A stretch of DNA of 64,000 nucleotides from Eledone cirrhosa. Lineage: Eukaryota. This document shows positions 12,112-25,499 of the stretch, one piece after another. The notes under the pieces were generated by a model that was given only the letters and a program-made list of their open reading frames with translations, was not told the DNA's origin and searched no databases. The first letter of the stretch is position 1, and each line of letters begins with the position of its first letter. The DNA is taken from contig OZ024741.1 of assembly GCA_964016885.1 (NCBI GenBank), positions 353,586,001 to 353,650,000 of the forward strand, read 5' to 3'. A program made the translations under genes and the position numbers.

Positions 12112-12752
12112 TTGCGAGGCTTTTGATATGAAATCGTGTGTCGAAACAAATATTGTTATACTTGGGGAGGGTCATATTTGTGTAATATTTATTGCCAGAA
12201 TTAATAACAGAACACACTCACTGTTTGGTTGGTTTTCGCTTTTCGCTTCTGTGTCTTTTATATCGGTTAATTTAATTTATTCGGTCCCCAATGTTGCCAT
12301 TGACTGACCAACGATAAAAAATACAGATACAATATAGACACAAACACATATATATAGTCTATGAAATTTCTTTCGTTGCATATCTGCAACATCGTCAGTG
12401 GTGCTATTGTTTCCTCCCGTTGCATTGTATTTGGCGTAGAAAATACGATGCAACAGGAGGAAACATTTGGCGTTGAAAATAAAATGCAAGGGGAGGAAAC
12501 AAAAAATAGCACCACTGACGATGCTGCAGATGTGCAACGAAAGAATTTTGATAGACTATATATATGTGTTTGTGTCTATATTGTATCTGTATTTTTGACC
12601 GTTGGTCAGTCAATGGTAACATTGAGGATCGAATAAATTAAATTAACCGATATAAAAGACACAGAAGCGAAAAGCCAAAACCAACAAATCAGTGAGTGTT
12701 CTGTTATTAATTCTGGCAATATTACACAAATATGACCCTCCCCAAGTATAAC
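12107..12752. mobile_element. Palindromic (inverted pLTR) Penelope derivative
   Basis: 12155-12430 is the reverse complement of ~12440-12752; 12107-12430 matches 59820-60135 in direct orientation. Confidence 0.85.
12506..12559 (+). ncRNA. Minimal hammerhead ribozyme-like motif (mirror copy on - strand ~12353-12407)
   Basis: CTGACGA, stem II (GCTGCA/TGCAAC), GAAA; stems I and III imperfect. Confidence 0.55.
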
Positions 12753-12754
<2 letters not shown>

Positions 12755-12848
<94 letters not shown>

Positions 12849-12989
12849 GTATATATATATATGTATATATATATGTATATGTATATACATATATATGTAT
12901 ATGTATATGTATATGTATACATATATATATATATGTATATTTATATATATATATGTATATATATTTATATATATATATATATATACATA

Positions 12990-13040
<51 letters not shown>

Positions 13041-13088
13041 ATATATATATACATATATATATACATATACATATATATATACATATAC

Positions 13089-13120
<32 letters not shown>

Positions 13121-13126
13121 GTATAT

Positions 13127-13172
<46 letters not shown>

Positions 13173-13310
13173 GTATGTATATATATATATATGTATATGT
13201 ATACATATATAGATATATATACATATATATATACATATACATATATATATACATATACATATAGATATATATACATATATATATACATATACATATATAT
13301 ATACATATAC

Positions 13311-13344
<34 letters not shown>

Positions 13345-13350
13345 GTATAT

Positions 13351-13419
<69 letters not shown>

Positions 13420-13620
13420 TGTATATGTATACATATATATATATATATATGTATATATATGTATATATATATATATGTATGTATATATATATATATGTAT
13501 ATATGTATATATATATATATGTATATATATGTATATGTATATAAATATATATATATGTATATATATGTATATATATATATGTATATATATATATACATAT
13601 ATATATATATACATATACAT

Positions 13621-13651
<31 letters not shown>

Positions 13652-13653
13652 CA

Positions 13654-13704
<51 letters not shown>

Positions 13705-13721
13705 GTGTGTATATATATATG

Positions 13722-13814
<93 letters not shown>

Positions 13815-13826
13815 ATATATATATAC

Positions 13827-13857
<31 letters not shown>
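12755..13857. repeat. ~1.1-kb complex (TA)n/(TATG)n/(TACA)n microsatellite
   Basis: Read directly. Confidence 0.98.
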
Positions 13858-14029
13858 CTCAATATGCAATATGCAGTGGAAGGCACCTAGGTGGCTGGGT
13901 TTATGCAGAGGTTAGGTGCACAGAACTGGAAATATTCATTAGTTAAGCAAAACAAGACAACAAATTTCACAAGGAAGACATTTTTAAAAGATTGTCAACA
14001 TAGTCTTAGTTTAATGTAAGGAATGTAGA

Positions 14030-14030
<1 letters not shown>
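13854..14030. repeat. Outer left arm of an interrupted foldback element
   Basis: Reverse complement of 59011-59188 (e.g. ggaaatattcattagttaag / cttaactaatgaatatttcc; tttaatgtaaggaatgtagaga / tctctacattccttacattaaa). Confidence 0.92.

Positions 14031-14078
<48 letters not shown>
14031..14078. repeat. (AAT)16 at the T3 3' end
   Basis: Read directly. Confidence 0.97.
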
Positions 14079-14079
<1 letters not shown>

Positions 14080-14321
14080 TTTTCTTTATTAACCACAAGG
14101 GTTCACATAAAGTAGACATTAAGGACAGTACAGGACAATACAGGACGGTACAAATGGGCATTTCTGCGTGTAAAAAAACAGAGGTTGAAATAAAATAACA
14201 AAGAAAAATTCCCCAATAGGGGGGAGACTTCCAAGGGACATTTGTGGAGAAAGCCCATTAAAAGACCACAGTGGCCCTGACCACCAGGGCAAGTGCCCTC
14301 TCCCAGTTTTCCACCTTTAAT

Positions 14322-17300
14322 TTACAGACACATACTCAGAGAAGGCCCATTCATTCGGGCCATACTTGCTTCTCTCACCCATCTTTCAACAAAATGCTGG
14401 GAAGAGAGCACTTCCCTCTCTACCCTGATTTTCCTTTTCAAATGAAATTTGAAAAAGTTAATCAGGGCATCACCGAAGAGGTAAGTGCTCGTCTTCAGCC
14501 CTTTCAAACGTGTCCACCATACTATCTCTTTCGCCATGGCCACCAGACAGATAAAAACTGCCTGCCCTTCCAGGCTAAAGGAAGGGGGCGGGGCAATCCT
14601 CACGATGGACTCAGCTGATAGCTGGATCCATCCTACACGTGACAGCAGGTGTTCGACATAAACCCACAAGTCAGCAATGCTCGGACACTGGACGAGTGCG
14701 TGCAGGACGGTTTCGTCGCCCTGCGCGCATCTCGGACATGCCCGGCTGACGGCACCTCCATGCCTGTAAAGTTTATCCCGAACTGGCAAAGCTCCTCGGT
14801 AGCACTGCCAGGCCAGGGATTTCTGGAAGTTGTCCATACGCCCCGGCCCGAAAGTCCTTCCGAAGAGATTGGCTAGTTGATTTTCGTCGACGCCTAGAGT
14901 TTCTCCAAGTACGTCGTCGCTCTTCCCCTCCACTAATCCCCTATAGAACGCCAAGGTGGAGTTTCCACCGATCACATTGCCCGATTGGTCGAGGGCTGTG
15001 AGCGCCTGAAGACATTCCAGTCTCCAAGCGCTCCCTCTCGGTCTTCGCTTGACCCAGGACTGCAGCTCCGTCAAGGAGACGAGCTGGGGAAAAACGTGTC
15101 TTGCAAACGGCGACCACACCTGATCACCGTCGAGGAAGAGGTGGAGATGTCGTAGCCTGAGCGCGTGTCTGCGCATTATCAGCCACGGCATGCCCAGCCC
15201 TCCACGTAGCGGGTGTTGACAGCAGATGGACCGCCTGACCATCGGAGCGCGTCCCTTCCACAAGAAGCGAAAGAGCAAACGCTCCAGCGCAGTCAGGCGG
15301 GGCTTAGGACAAGGTACGACGGTCAGGCGGTAGTAGATGACGGATGCGATGTACGCATTCGCCACCTCCGCTCCACCTTTCAGGGATAGCTTCCTCTCGG
15401 CCCATTTCTGGGTGAGAGAAGACACCCTGCTCGTCACCTCGTCCCAGTTTTTGTCCGTCTGGAGGTCTGGACCGAACCAGACCCCTAGCAATTTAACCGG
15501 TCCGTCCGTCCAGCGCCCGGCGACGCTGTTGGACGGCATGGACCTGCCTCTCCAGGTGCCGAGCTGCAGGCCCACTGACTTTTCCTGGTTGATCATTGCT
15601 CCTGTCACCGCTTCGTATTCTCTTAGTGTAGTGCCGATCGCCTCGATGTGTCTGGCGTTCGACACCACTACGGTGACATCGTCGGCATACGCTGACACGG
15701 ATCTTCCGCATCCTAGTTCGCGCGGGACCCCCCCTCAACGTCTCCAGTTTGTGCAGTAATGGCTCGAGAGTCAATACGTACAATAGGGACGAGAGGGGAC
15801 ATCCTTGGCGGACCGAGCGCATGATGTTGAACGGTTCCGAAAGGTGACCGTTCACTCTCACTACAGAGCAGATGTCGCTGTGCATGGCAGCGATCCAGCC
15901 TCTGAAGACGGGCCCAAAGCCAGCCGCCCTCAGGACTGCCGTTAGGTAACGATGGTCGACCCTGTCGAAGGCTTTCGACTGATCTAAATTGATCAAAGAC
16001 CCACCCGTGCCAGGTTCCCTAGCTACCCTCTCTACGATGTATCGCATGAGGTGGAGGTTGTCGTGGATGGATCTGTCGGGAATGGCACATGTCTGTGCCT
16101 CTCCCACCAGACCACCAACGACAAGCGCCAACCTCTTTGCTAGCACCTTGGCCAAAATCTTGAACTCTGTGTTTAGCAGAGTTATGGGCCTAAAATTATC
16201 TATGTTATCCCCCTTGTTCGGATCCTTTCTCAGCAGCGCCACCGCTCCTCGGCTCACAGAGCTGGGAATTCTCCCGTTCTGTTGCCAGTTGCAGTAGACG
16301 TCCGCCAAGAGGCCTCCGAACAAGTTTGGCATTTGTACGTAAAGTTCATAGGGCAGACCATCCAAACCAGGCGATTTACCCCTTGTGCAACTAGTCATTG
16401 CATCCCGTACTTCAGCGGTTGTTATCGGCTTTTCGCAACACTCCGCCTCAGTGGCCGAAAGCCGCGGCAGTCCGTCGAGGTAGACACTAAAGTCCATTCC
16501 TCGATGCGGCCCGCCACTGCCCCCGAACAGTTGAGCGAAGTGTCGCTGAAAAGCTTCACACATTTTCCCGGGATCGAGTAGCATGTGCCCGTCGTGGTCC
16601 ACCAAAGACCGGATCGTGGCTTTGTTGCCACGACGCGCCTCCGCCACTCGGGCCCATTGAACGGCTTTCGTCCCCTCGTGTCTGAGAGCACGCACCCTAG
16701 CTCTGACAACGCAGCCTTCGTGCTTTGCATTGAAGAATTGGTCAAGGGCCAATTTCGCCGCAAGTACGTCGGTCGCGATGCCTTTGCTAAGCGCCTCATC
16801 TAATTTTCTAACTAATTCTCCCTCTGCTCTATTTTTCTCTATTGCTAAAGTCTTACTAAACCTAATGGACTCTATTCTAATTGCTCTTTTCAGAGCAAAC
16901 CACCACTTGTTGTTGACGATGGCCCCCGTCAACGCCCGCTTAACTAGTTCGCTAATCCGGTTTCTGTAGGCCTTGCGCGCTGGTAAGGACGCGTTTAACT
17001 TCCAGTAGCCGGGTCCTCGTCTATGAAGCCTATCTAAGTCAAGCACACAGATCACGAATTTGTGGTCCGTGTAGCTGACTATCTTGAATTGTGGACAGCC
17101 TATGCTAGACCTATCTATTTCCCTACAAAATACTCTATCTAGATATGATCTGGATGACCCTATGCGATTTGTCCAAGTCCACATTGGTACATTCGGGAAA
17201 TCCATTCGGTACCTGTCAGACAGTTCAAAACGTCTGAGCAGGTTGGTGAGACTCTTGCACCCTCCTTCCCTATCCACTAATCCCACACAATCCCAGCGTG

Positions 17301-17742
17301 CATCTAAGATCCCGTTCCAGTCGCCCACTAACACTAAAGAGCGGGACGTTCCAAGAAAGGTCTCCAGACGCCGGAAGAAATCAGGCCGCCCTGCTCCTGT
17401 CGGGGCATAGACGGCCACTAACCTGAAAGCTTGCCCGTCTCCGCTGGTCACGTCCAGCACCACCAACTTACCTTCTGGGTCCAGGAAGATGGCCCGTATG
17501 GCAAGATCCAAACCTCTCCGAAAAAGCACAGCAACTCCTCCCCCCGATCCCGGACGGCTGGGAGATGCGTACACATCGTAGCCGCCGAAGATCGGTGCGA
17601 AAGCCTGTGCTTCGGAGATTCTGGTCTCGCTGATGGCCACTACATCTATGTTTAGTGACCTGAGGTCGTTGAGCAGGTGGCCCTGCTTCCATGACGACCC
17701 CAAGCCACGCGCATTTATGCTGCCTATTCTGAGTGAGGTCAT
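14322..17742 (-). pseudogene. T3 ORF2 (APE + RT + zinc finger); single frameshift near the C7 run at 15728-15734
   Basis: MTSLRIGSINARG, GDWN, TDH, KAFD and QGCPLS in the 749-aa part; YADD and CPRC in the 458-aa part. Confidence 0.93.
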
Positions 17743-19790
17743 GTTGAAAAGTAGTGGAAAAGATGGGAAAGACCACTGACTTTACTTCTCGTAGGGGAAG
17801 GACGGCTTTTCCATCCTTTTCACTGCTTGTGGCCTCCTCAGGAAGGATGTCCTTATAAATCCTCCTGGAGAGTGCTTGTCGGAAGTCTCCGATGTCTTTG
17901 GGGAATTTTTGTTTTAGTGTCATGTACGTTTTCTGTGTGATGCGAGTGATTTGTATGTGTGGAGGTGGTGTGAATTTTGGGGTTGTTGTGTAGTCTTTTT
18001 CTGTGATGCTGGTGTTGTGTTGGATATAGTGTAATAATTGCTTGTTGTTCAAATTTAATGCTGTGTAGTGTGTATCGTTTTGGTTGTTTTGTTTTGTTTG
18101 CGTTTGTTGTGGGTTTGTTTCTGTTTCGCATTTTGGTGACTTTTGTGGTGTAGGTGATGGTGGTGCTGGGGATAATGATGGTGATGGTGTTGGTGTTTGG
18201 GTTGATGGGGTTGGTGATGCTGGTGTGGATGGTGGCATATCTGTCCTAACTTTTTTGTTTCTTAGTTTATTTGTTTCCCTCTGTATTTTGTTTTTGGAGG
18301 GGGAAGGAAGAGAATTTTTTCTTTTTTGGTTTCTTTTTTTTTTTCCGGATATCGTTTCCCACTCCTCGTCGTCACAATCTGTCTCCAGTTGTGATAGGCC
18401 GGGGAGTGGAAAATCCTCCACAGTCGTTAGTTTTGGTTGTGGTGTGGTGGATGGTGTAGGCGCTGGTGCTAGTTCTGAAGCGTTGGGTGGTGGTGGTGTT
18501 GGTTTTGCTGGTGGTGGTAGTGGTGTTGGTTTTGCTACTGTTGCTGGGGTTGTTGCTGTTATAGTTGCTTCTGTTGTTGCTGCTACAGTTGTTGCTGCCA
18601 TCTCTGCTACTGGTGGTGTTGATGGTTGTGTCACTGGGGTGGGTAGGAGAGGTGGCCTCAACCTTTTAGCCTGAGGGCAGAAAGCCCTTAGGTGGGTTCC
18701 TTCACCACAAACGACACACCTAGGTCTTCTGCCCTCGACAATTACCGTGAGGTGGCTGCCGTCAGTGAGGTCTATTACCTCTGGGATCTCCTCAATGCTT
18801 TTTTGGTCCGCTTGGATCAGGAGCTCCATCCCAGATCCGGACCAGTTTTCCTGCTTTTCTTTTGCTACTGCTATTATTTTCGTGTTGGCTTCGATGCCGG
18901 CGAGGACAGCCGCTATTAGCCAGGGAATTTCGATGGCCGGTGGAACGTGGGTCACCCTGATCTTTACGAGTCTCTGGCCACAATAGCTTGGGACGAGTGT
19001 GAAGTCGTCACTTTTTAATGGGGCCATGGAGTGTTCTCTAGCCTCCTCTGGTGTTTCAAAGAACACATCCACGGTTCCATACTTTTGCCCACGTCTGATG
19101 TGGTTTTTTCTTGCCCACACATGTCCCAAAGCTTTTTGGATTTGGGACTCGGATGCCCGTTCCACTCGGCGCGATTTTACATTTATTGTTCTATACAACA
19201 CGGTGCATAGGCGCCGATGCTCCATTTTATTAGGTGGGGGGGGGGCTGACCCTGTACCCATCTTTCTTTACCATTTGTTTGGCATTTTCTAAATCCTCTT
19301 GAGTTACCGTGAACGCTTCGAATTGTTTTGCTACGATGGCGAAACTGAGGGTCGGTTTTATAATGTCATTGTTGTTGTTGTTGCTATCGTTATTTGTGTT
19401 AATCTTAATTTTAGTTTCAGTTGTGGTGGTGGTGACGTCAGTCGTCTTTGGTGGGGAAGAGTCCATTTTGCTTGATTTCATTTCGACATCACGAGTTAAT
19501 TTATTTTTTTCTTCTTTTGTTTCTGTTGTCGCGGTGGTGGTGGGGGTGGTGGTGGGGGTGGTGGTTGTCGCGGTGGTGGTGGTGGTGGTGGTGGTGGAGG
19601 CTTTAACACCTGCAGTCATTGGTAATGGCGGGAAATGAATGTCTGCCTGAGACAAATTTAAAATATTGCTACTGCTTATATTTTTTTTTGTGTTGGCAAA
19701 CGTAGTAACATTTACAATGGTGGTGTCGGTGTGAGGTGTTATTTTGTGAGGAAGGCTTTCAGCTGCTTCGTGCAGAGGGGAATTAGCCAT
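17468..19790 (-). pseudogene. T3 ORF1 (CCHC knuckle, Pro/Thr-rich); frameshift at the G-run 19235-19245
   Basis: ORFs 19230-19790 and 17468-19261; CVVCGEGTHLRAFC; similar to T2 ORF1. Confidence 0.85.
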
Positions 19791-19998
19791 TTTTTTTCAA
19801 AGAAATGTTTGGATAATAATAAAAGTTAAAATTTTGGGCACAAGGCCCCAATCTTTTTGGGTGTCCTTTTCGGAAAACAATGTATGTGTGCTTATAAACA
19901 GTTAACAATAAAATTTTCCATAAATGACAATTTTTAACAAACGGAAATAACAAACCTTTGCGGAGCTCACGATGATACGATATACTACGTAGGTCGCC

Positions 19999-20066
<68 letters not shown>
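19999..20066. repeat. (TAA)n between the T3 5' end and Dong-like A1
   Basis: Read directly. Confidence 0.97.
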
Positions 20067-22113
20067 GGTGCCAGAGTGGTTGACAAAAGGTACCACAGTT
20101 CTGATAATGAAAGACCGAATCAAGGGTAATGATGTTACCAACTATAGACCTATCACATGTCTGTCCGTAATGTGGAAACTGTTGACGAGCATTGTGTCTG
20201 AGGAAATCTACCAAATCTACAAAGGACCAGTTACTTATTGATAAGATGGTAATGGGGAATTGCAGGAGGAGACACACTGATCTTGCCATGGGATGGATAG
20301 ACTACAGAAAGGCATTTGACATGGTGCCTCATTCTTGGATCACCAAAAGCCTGGAGATCTTCAGGGTGGCAGATAACATCAGACAGTTGCTGGGCAGGAG
20401 TATGGGATCCTGGGAGACAGAGTTGACATCAACTGGAGTATCCTTGGGAAGCGTGAAGATCAAGAGAGGTATCTTCCAGGGAGATAGCCTGTCCCCTCTG
20501 TTGTTTGTCCTTGCCCTGATGCCCTTGACCATTATGCTGCGAAAAGTGAGAGTAGGATACAAGTTGGGAAAGGGAGAGCTTACCATCAATCACCTTCTCT
20601 TCATGGACGATTTTAAGCTCTTCGGGAAAAGTGAGAAGGAGTTGGATGTGCTTGTTGACACTGTCCGTATTTTCAGCAGTGATATATGTATGCAGTTTGG
20701 TATTAGTAAATGTGGAGTCATTGTGATGAGGAGGGGTAGGTTGAGCAGAAGTAACGGGATCCAGATACCAACAGGTGAGATGATAAAGGAAATTGACTCT
20801 GGGGAAGGATACAAGTATTTGGGCGTTCTGGAGGCTGATGGCATAAAGAACAAAAAAATGAAGGAATTGTTAAGAACTGAATACATTCGGAGAGTAAGGA
20901 GCGTATTGAAGTCACATCTGAACAGCAGAAATGCCATAAGCGCAGTAAATTCCCGAGCTGTGTCTATTATTAGGTACGGTGCGGGAATTCTGAGATGGAA
21001 TGTTGCTGAACAAAAAGAAATGGATAGGAAGACTAGGAAGCTATTGACTATCTACAACATGTCCCACAAGAGGAGTGATGTCGATAGACTCTACCTAAGG
21101 AGATCTGAGGGTGGAAGAGGTCTTATCAGCATAGAGGACTGTGTTCAGATGGAGAAAAACAACCTATACAAATACGTGACCTATAGTAAGGAGCCAATCC
21201 TCAGAACTGTACTGAAGGAGGGGACAGTAGGCCAGGGGATGTCCAAGGAGGAAATAACATCAAGGAGGAAGAGCAGCCTTAAGGGCAAATCCCTTCATAG
21301 TACCTTCTTTGAGAAAACTGAATTTAGAGATCCACAGACATGGAACTGGTTGAGAAGAGGAGACCTCAAAAAGGCTACAGAAGGAATGCTAATGGCTGCG
21401 CAGGAGCAGGCCCTCAAAACGAAGTGGTTGAAGCACCATATTTACAAGGAGGAGGCTAGCCCACTGTGCAGGATCTGTGGAGAGAGAGAGGAGACTGTGG
21501 CTCACATTGTGTCCGAGTGTAAACACCTAGCTCAGACCCACTATAAGGGCTGGAGACACGATGTGATGGGCAGGGTGATCCACTGGCACCTGTGCAAAGT
21601 AAACAATTTACCACATTCTGAGAAATGGTATGAGCATAGGCCAGAGGCGGTGATGGAGAACAATCAGGTGAAGGTGCTGTGGGATTTTAGGATACAGACG
21701 TACAAAAAACTGGAACACAATAGACCTGACCTGGTGGTTGTGGACAAAGAAAAAAGATCGTGTCTGATTGTGGATGTGGCCTGCCCTTTCGACACGAGAG
21801 TGCAAGAGAAGGAGAGGGAGAAAATTAACCGATACCAGGACCTAAAGTGGGAGGTGAAAAGGATTTGGAACTGCCATGAAGTCAAAGTGATCCCGATTGT
21901 CATAGGCGCACTGGGGACTATCTCCAAAAGTTTCCAGGGATGGTTAAAGAAAATCGGCCCCTTCACGCTTTTTGGAACGCTTCAAAAGGCATGCTTGCTT
22001 GGAACAGCAAGAACCCTCCGATACGTCCTGAATATCTGAGGCTGCAGGTAGTGGCATGATATTCATTCCAACGGACTTTCCAGTTAACCAACATCAATGA
22101 CTGAGATTCAAGG
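20067..22113 (+). mobile_element. 5'-truncated R4/Dong-type retrotransposon, family A (A1)
   Basis: Starts in NYRPITCL region; ORF 20192-22039; short 3' UTR followed by (AAT)n. Confidence 0.93.
20192..22039 (+). pseudogene. Truncated RT + CCHC + restriction-like endonuclease ORF
   Basis: DYRKAFD, QGDSLSP, FMDD, YKYLG, CRIC..ETVAHIVSEC, RHD, RPD..DV..K..Y. Confidence 0.92.
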
Positions 22114-22122
22114 AATAACAAC

Positions 22123-22201
<79 letters not shown>
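22114..22201. repeat. (AAT)n tail/target
   Basis: Read directly. Confidence 0.97.
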
Positions 22202-22203
<2 letters not shown>

Positions 22204-22469
22204 GTAGGAGGTGAAAAGGATTTGGAACTGCCATGAAGTCAAAGTGATCCCGATTGTCATAGGCGCACTGGGGACTATCTCCAAAGGTTTCCAGGGATGC
22301 TTAAAGAAAATCGGCCCCTTCACGCTTTTTGGAACGCTTCAAAAGGCATGCTTGCTTGGAACAGCAAGAACCCTCCGATACGTCCTGAATATCTGAGGCT
22401 GCAGGTAGTGGCTTGATATTAAATCCAACGGACTTTCCAGTTAACCAACATCAATGACTGAGATTCAAG

Positions 22470-22470
<1 letters not shown>
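22202..22470 (+). mobile_element. Very short 5'-truncated family A copy (A2), followed by (AAT)n 22471-22514
   Basis: Near-identical to 21844-22113. Confidence 0.93.
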
Positions 22471-22512
<42 letters not shown>

Positions 22513-22518
<6 letters not shown>

Positions 22519-25499
22519 CTAAACATTACTGATTTAAATCATCTCTATTATGCATCGGCTAAAGTCACCACTCACTTATGTGGAGTGAAGATGAAAAAAC
22601 AAAGGAATTCCCACAAGAAATCTACTTGGCAAGAGAACATCAATCGCCAAATAAACCTTCTCCGATCTGACATAGAAATTTTAACAAACTATAAAGTAGG
22701 TGAACATGTTAAACAAACTAAACTTAGAAAATTGAAAAGAAAGTACAGTATAAAATCAACAAGTGACATAGACATGCTGATAGAAATAATCAAGCAAAAA
22801 GTGTCGGCCAAAGCTGCTCGTATAAGGCGCTTTGAAAAACGATTAGGATTCTATAAGGACAATAATATGTTCAAAAACAACCAAAGAAACTTCTACAGAA
22901 AAATTGGTAAATCAACAATAACTGCTAAATCAATACCACCCAAGGAGGAAGTGCAAGAATTCTGGGAAAAGATCTGGCCGAAGAAAAAGTTCATAACATA
23001 CATGCCCCATGGATAGACAGCCAAATGAAAGATACAGTTCACCTTGAGGAACAAACATGGGAAAATATAACAGTTGAACAGTTGCGCTTGGCTCTAAGAA
23101 AAACCAGCAAATGGAAATCCCCAGGAAAAGACAAAATACAAAATTTTTGGATAAATGCCTTCACAGAGTCTCATGAGCTGTTAGCCCAACTTTACAATGA
23201 AATAGTTAAGGAGCCAGAAAAGATACCTTCATGGCTAGTTAACGGCATTACATTCCTGCTTCCGAAGAATGATGAGACAAACAATCCCCAAAATTACAGA
23301 CCGATAACTTGCTTGACCACAATGTATAACATTTTAACATCAGTCCTAACTGAATACACATATGACCACCTGATAACAAATGACCCATTTCCCATTGAGC
23401 AGAAAGGGTGTAAACGAGGCTCATATGGCTGTAAGGATCAGCTTCTGGTTAACAAAATGATACTGGAAGATTGTCATAATAGACACAAAAATCTATCGAT
23501 TGCTTGGATAGATTATAAAAAAGCATTCGATACTTTGCCACACAGTTGGATTGAAAAATGTTTAGAGATTTTCAAAATATCCCCCGTTGTCAGGAGGTTT
23601 TTGTCATTCAGTATGAAGACATGGAAAACGACACTCCTTTTGAATAGTGAAACAAAATCACTGGAAGCTGGAGAAGTTAATATTAATTGTGGAATTTTTC
23701 AGGGTGACTCTTTATCACCGCTTTTATTCTGCATCGCACTTATACCATTAAGTAAAATGCTCAATAAAACAAAACATGGATATAAAGTCTATGACAAAAC
23801 CATTAATCACCTGTTCTACATGGATGACCTGAAACTATTTGCAAAAAAATGATGAACAATTGCAAGGGCTATTATCCACTGTGAAGCAGTTCAGTGATGA
23901 CATTAAAATGGTGTTTGGACTAGATAAATGCGCCAAAGCAACGTTCACCAGAGGAAAGCTGCTGAAGCGTTCAGACATTAATCTTGATCGGGGGAACGTG
24001 ATAAGAGAACTTGATCAAGAAAAAACTTACAAATATCTAGGTGTTTGTGAAGGAGACGGAATCAAGCACTCTACAATGAGGGAAAGGATAAGGAAGGAAT
24101 GTTACCGCAGAGTAAGAGCAATCTTAAGAACGGAATTGAATGCAAGGAATAGGATCGATGCCATAAACACGCTTGCCATACCAGTAGTAACCTACAGTTA
24201 CAATGTCATCAACTGGTCAAGCACAGAGATCCGTAGGCTCGATACAAAAATTCGAAAATTCTTAACCATGCACAGAATGTATCACCCTAAGGCAGATATA
24301 GATAGAATATATCTCCCTAGGAAAGAAGGAGGACGTGGGTTAATCCAGTTAGACATTGCGTTGAAAACTGCAACAATTGGATTATCTACATATCTAAGGG
24401 AATCACATGATTGGATGATCAAACTCGTTTTGAAACACGAAAGCATCAAAAGATCATATTCCATTACAAAAGATGCACAAAGATACAGTAATGGACTACA
24501 AATTTCAGAAGTCCCATTTACTGCTGAAATGGAAAACACAGAAAAAGCAAAGCAGGTAAAAGTAACTGCAAAGAAAGAACTGCTACAGAAAATGGCTAAG
24601 AAATGGCAAGAAAAGCCTCTGTATGGAAAATACCAAGAGCGATCTAACAATCCTGATGTTGACAAAACTTTAACCCATCAGTGGTTGGCATCCTCTGGAC
24701 TGAAATCAGAGACTGAAGGACTGATTATACCGGCACAAGATCAGTGTCTGCCAACAAAAAATTACCAAGCCAACATAATAAAAAATGGGTGCAGCCCATT
24801 ATGCCGTGTATGCAAAAAACAACCAGAGACCATTGACCATATAATTTCAATGTGCAGTCCTATAGCTCCAACCGAATACCTAAACAGGCATGACAGAGCT
24901 GCACAATACATACATTGGATAATGTGTAAGCATTTTGACCTGCCCCATCAAAAGAATTGGTGGGAGCATCAACCACCTCCCATACTTGAAAAAGATCACA
25001 TCTCAATCTTGTGGAACTTTAGCATCCAAACAGACCGAAAAATAGATGCAAACAGACCTGATATAATATTGAAAGACTTTCAAAAGAGGGTATGCCTGCT
25101 AATTGATATGTCTGTTCCAATAGACAAGAATGTATCTATAAAAACATTTGAAAAATTGAGCTGGAGATAGAAATTGGAAAAATATGGAAATTGAGAACTA
25201 AAACAATACCAGTGGTTGTAGGCGCTCTGGGAATGATACCTAAGGGGTCTAATGATTACTTATCGCAAATCCCAGGAAACCCGCGTATAGGAGAAATACA
25301 AAAGATAGTACTAATGGGAACTGCCCATATACTAAGGAAGATTCTGTCAATATAAGTACATCACAAGTCTAAACACTAAAGATGCATGTGTGAATATGTA
25401 TGTTCTTTCTTGAACATGGCGGACCTTGGTGTCTCTTGAGGTCACTGGTTGTGACTTGGTGATAACTCGTATGAACATAAAGCAAGATAAATGTAACTG
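22513..25499 (+). mobile_element. Dong-like B1, 5'-truncated, frameshifted
   Basis: ORF pieces 22585-23016, 23025-23852 (YMDD) and 23839-25170 (CRVC, RHD, RPD); ancestral stop at 25353-25355. Confidence 0.93.

Larger units (their letters stand above)
14079..19998 (-). mobile_element. Full-length L1/Tx1-type retrotransposon (T3) flanked by (TAA)n on both sides
   Basis: ORF1 plus ORF2. Minus-strand 3' end reads AATAAAGAAAAC then (ATT)n; 5' end abuts (TAA)n at 19999. Confidence 0.95.

Noticed and set aside
12606-13946. Long YIYIYI ORFs on both strands
   Set aside because: Translations of (TA)n-type microsatellite that lacks stop codons.
18084-18674. Antisense ORFs over the LINE ORFs (also 6439-7103 and others)
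   Set aside because: Shadow frames of low-complexity or GC-rich coding sequence.
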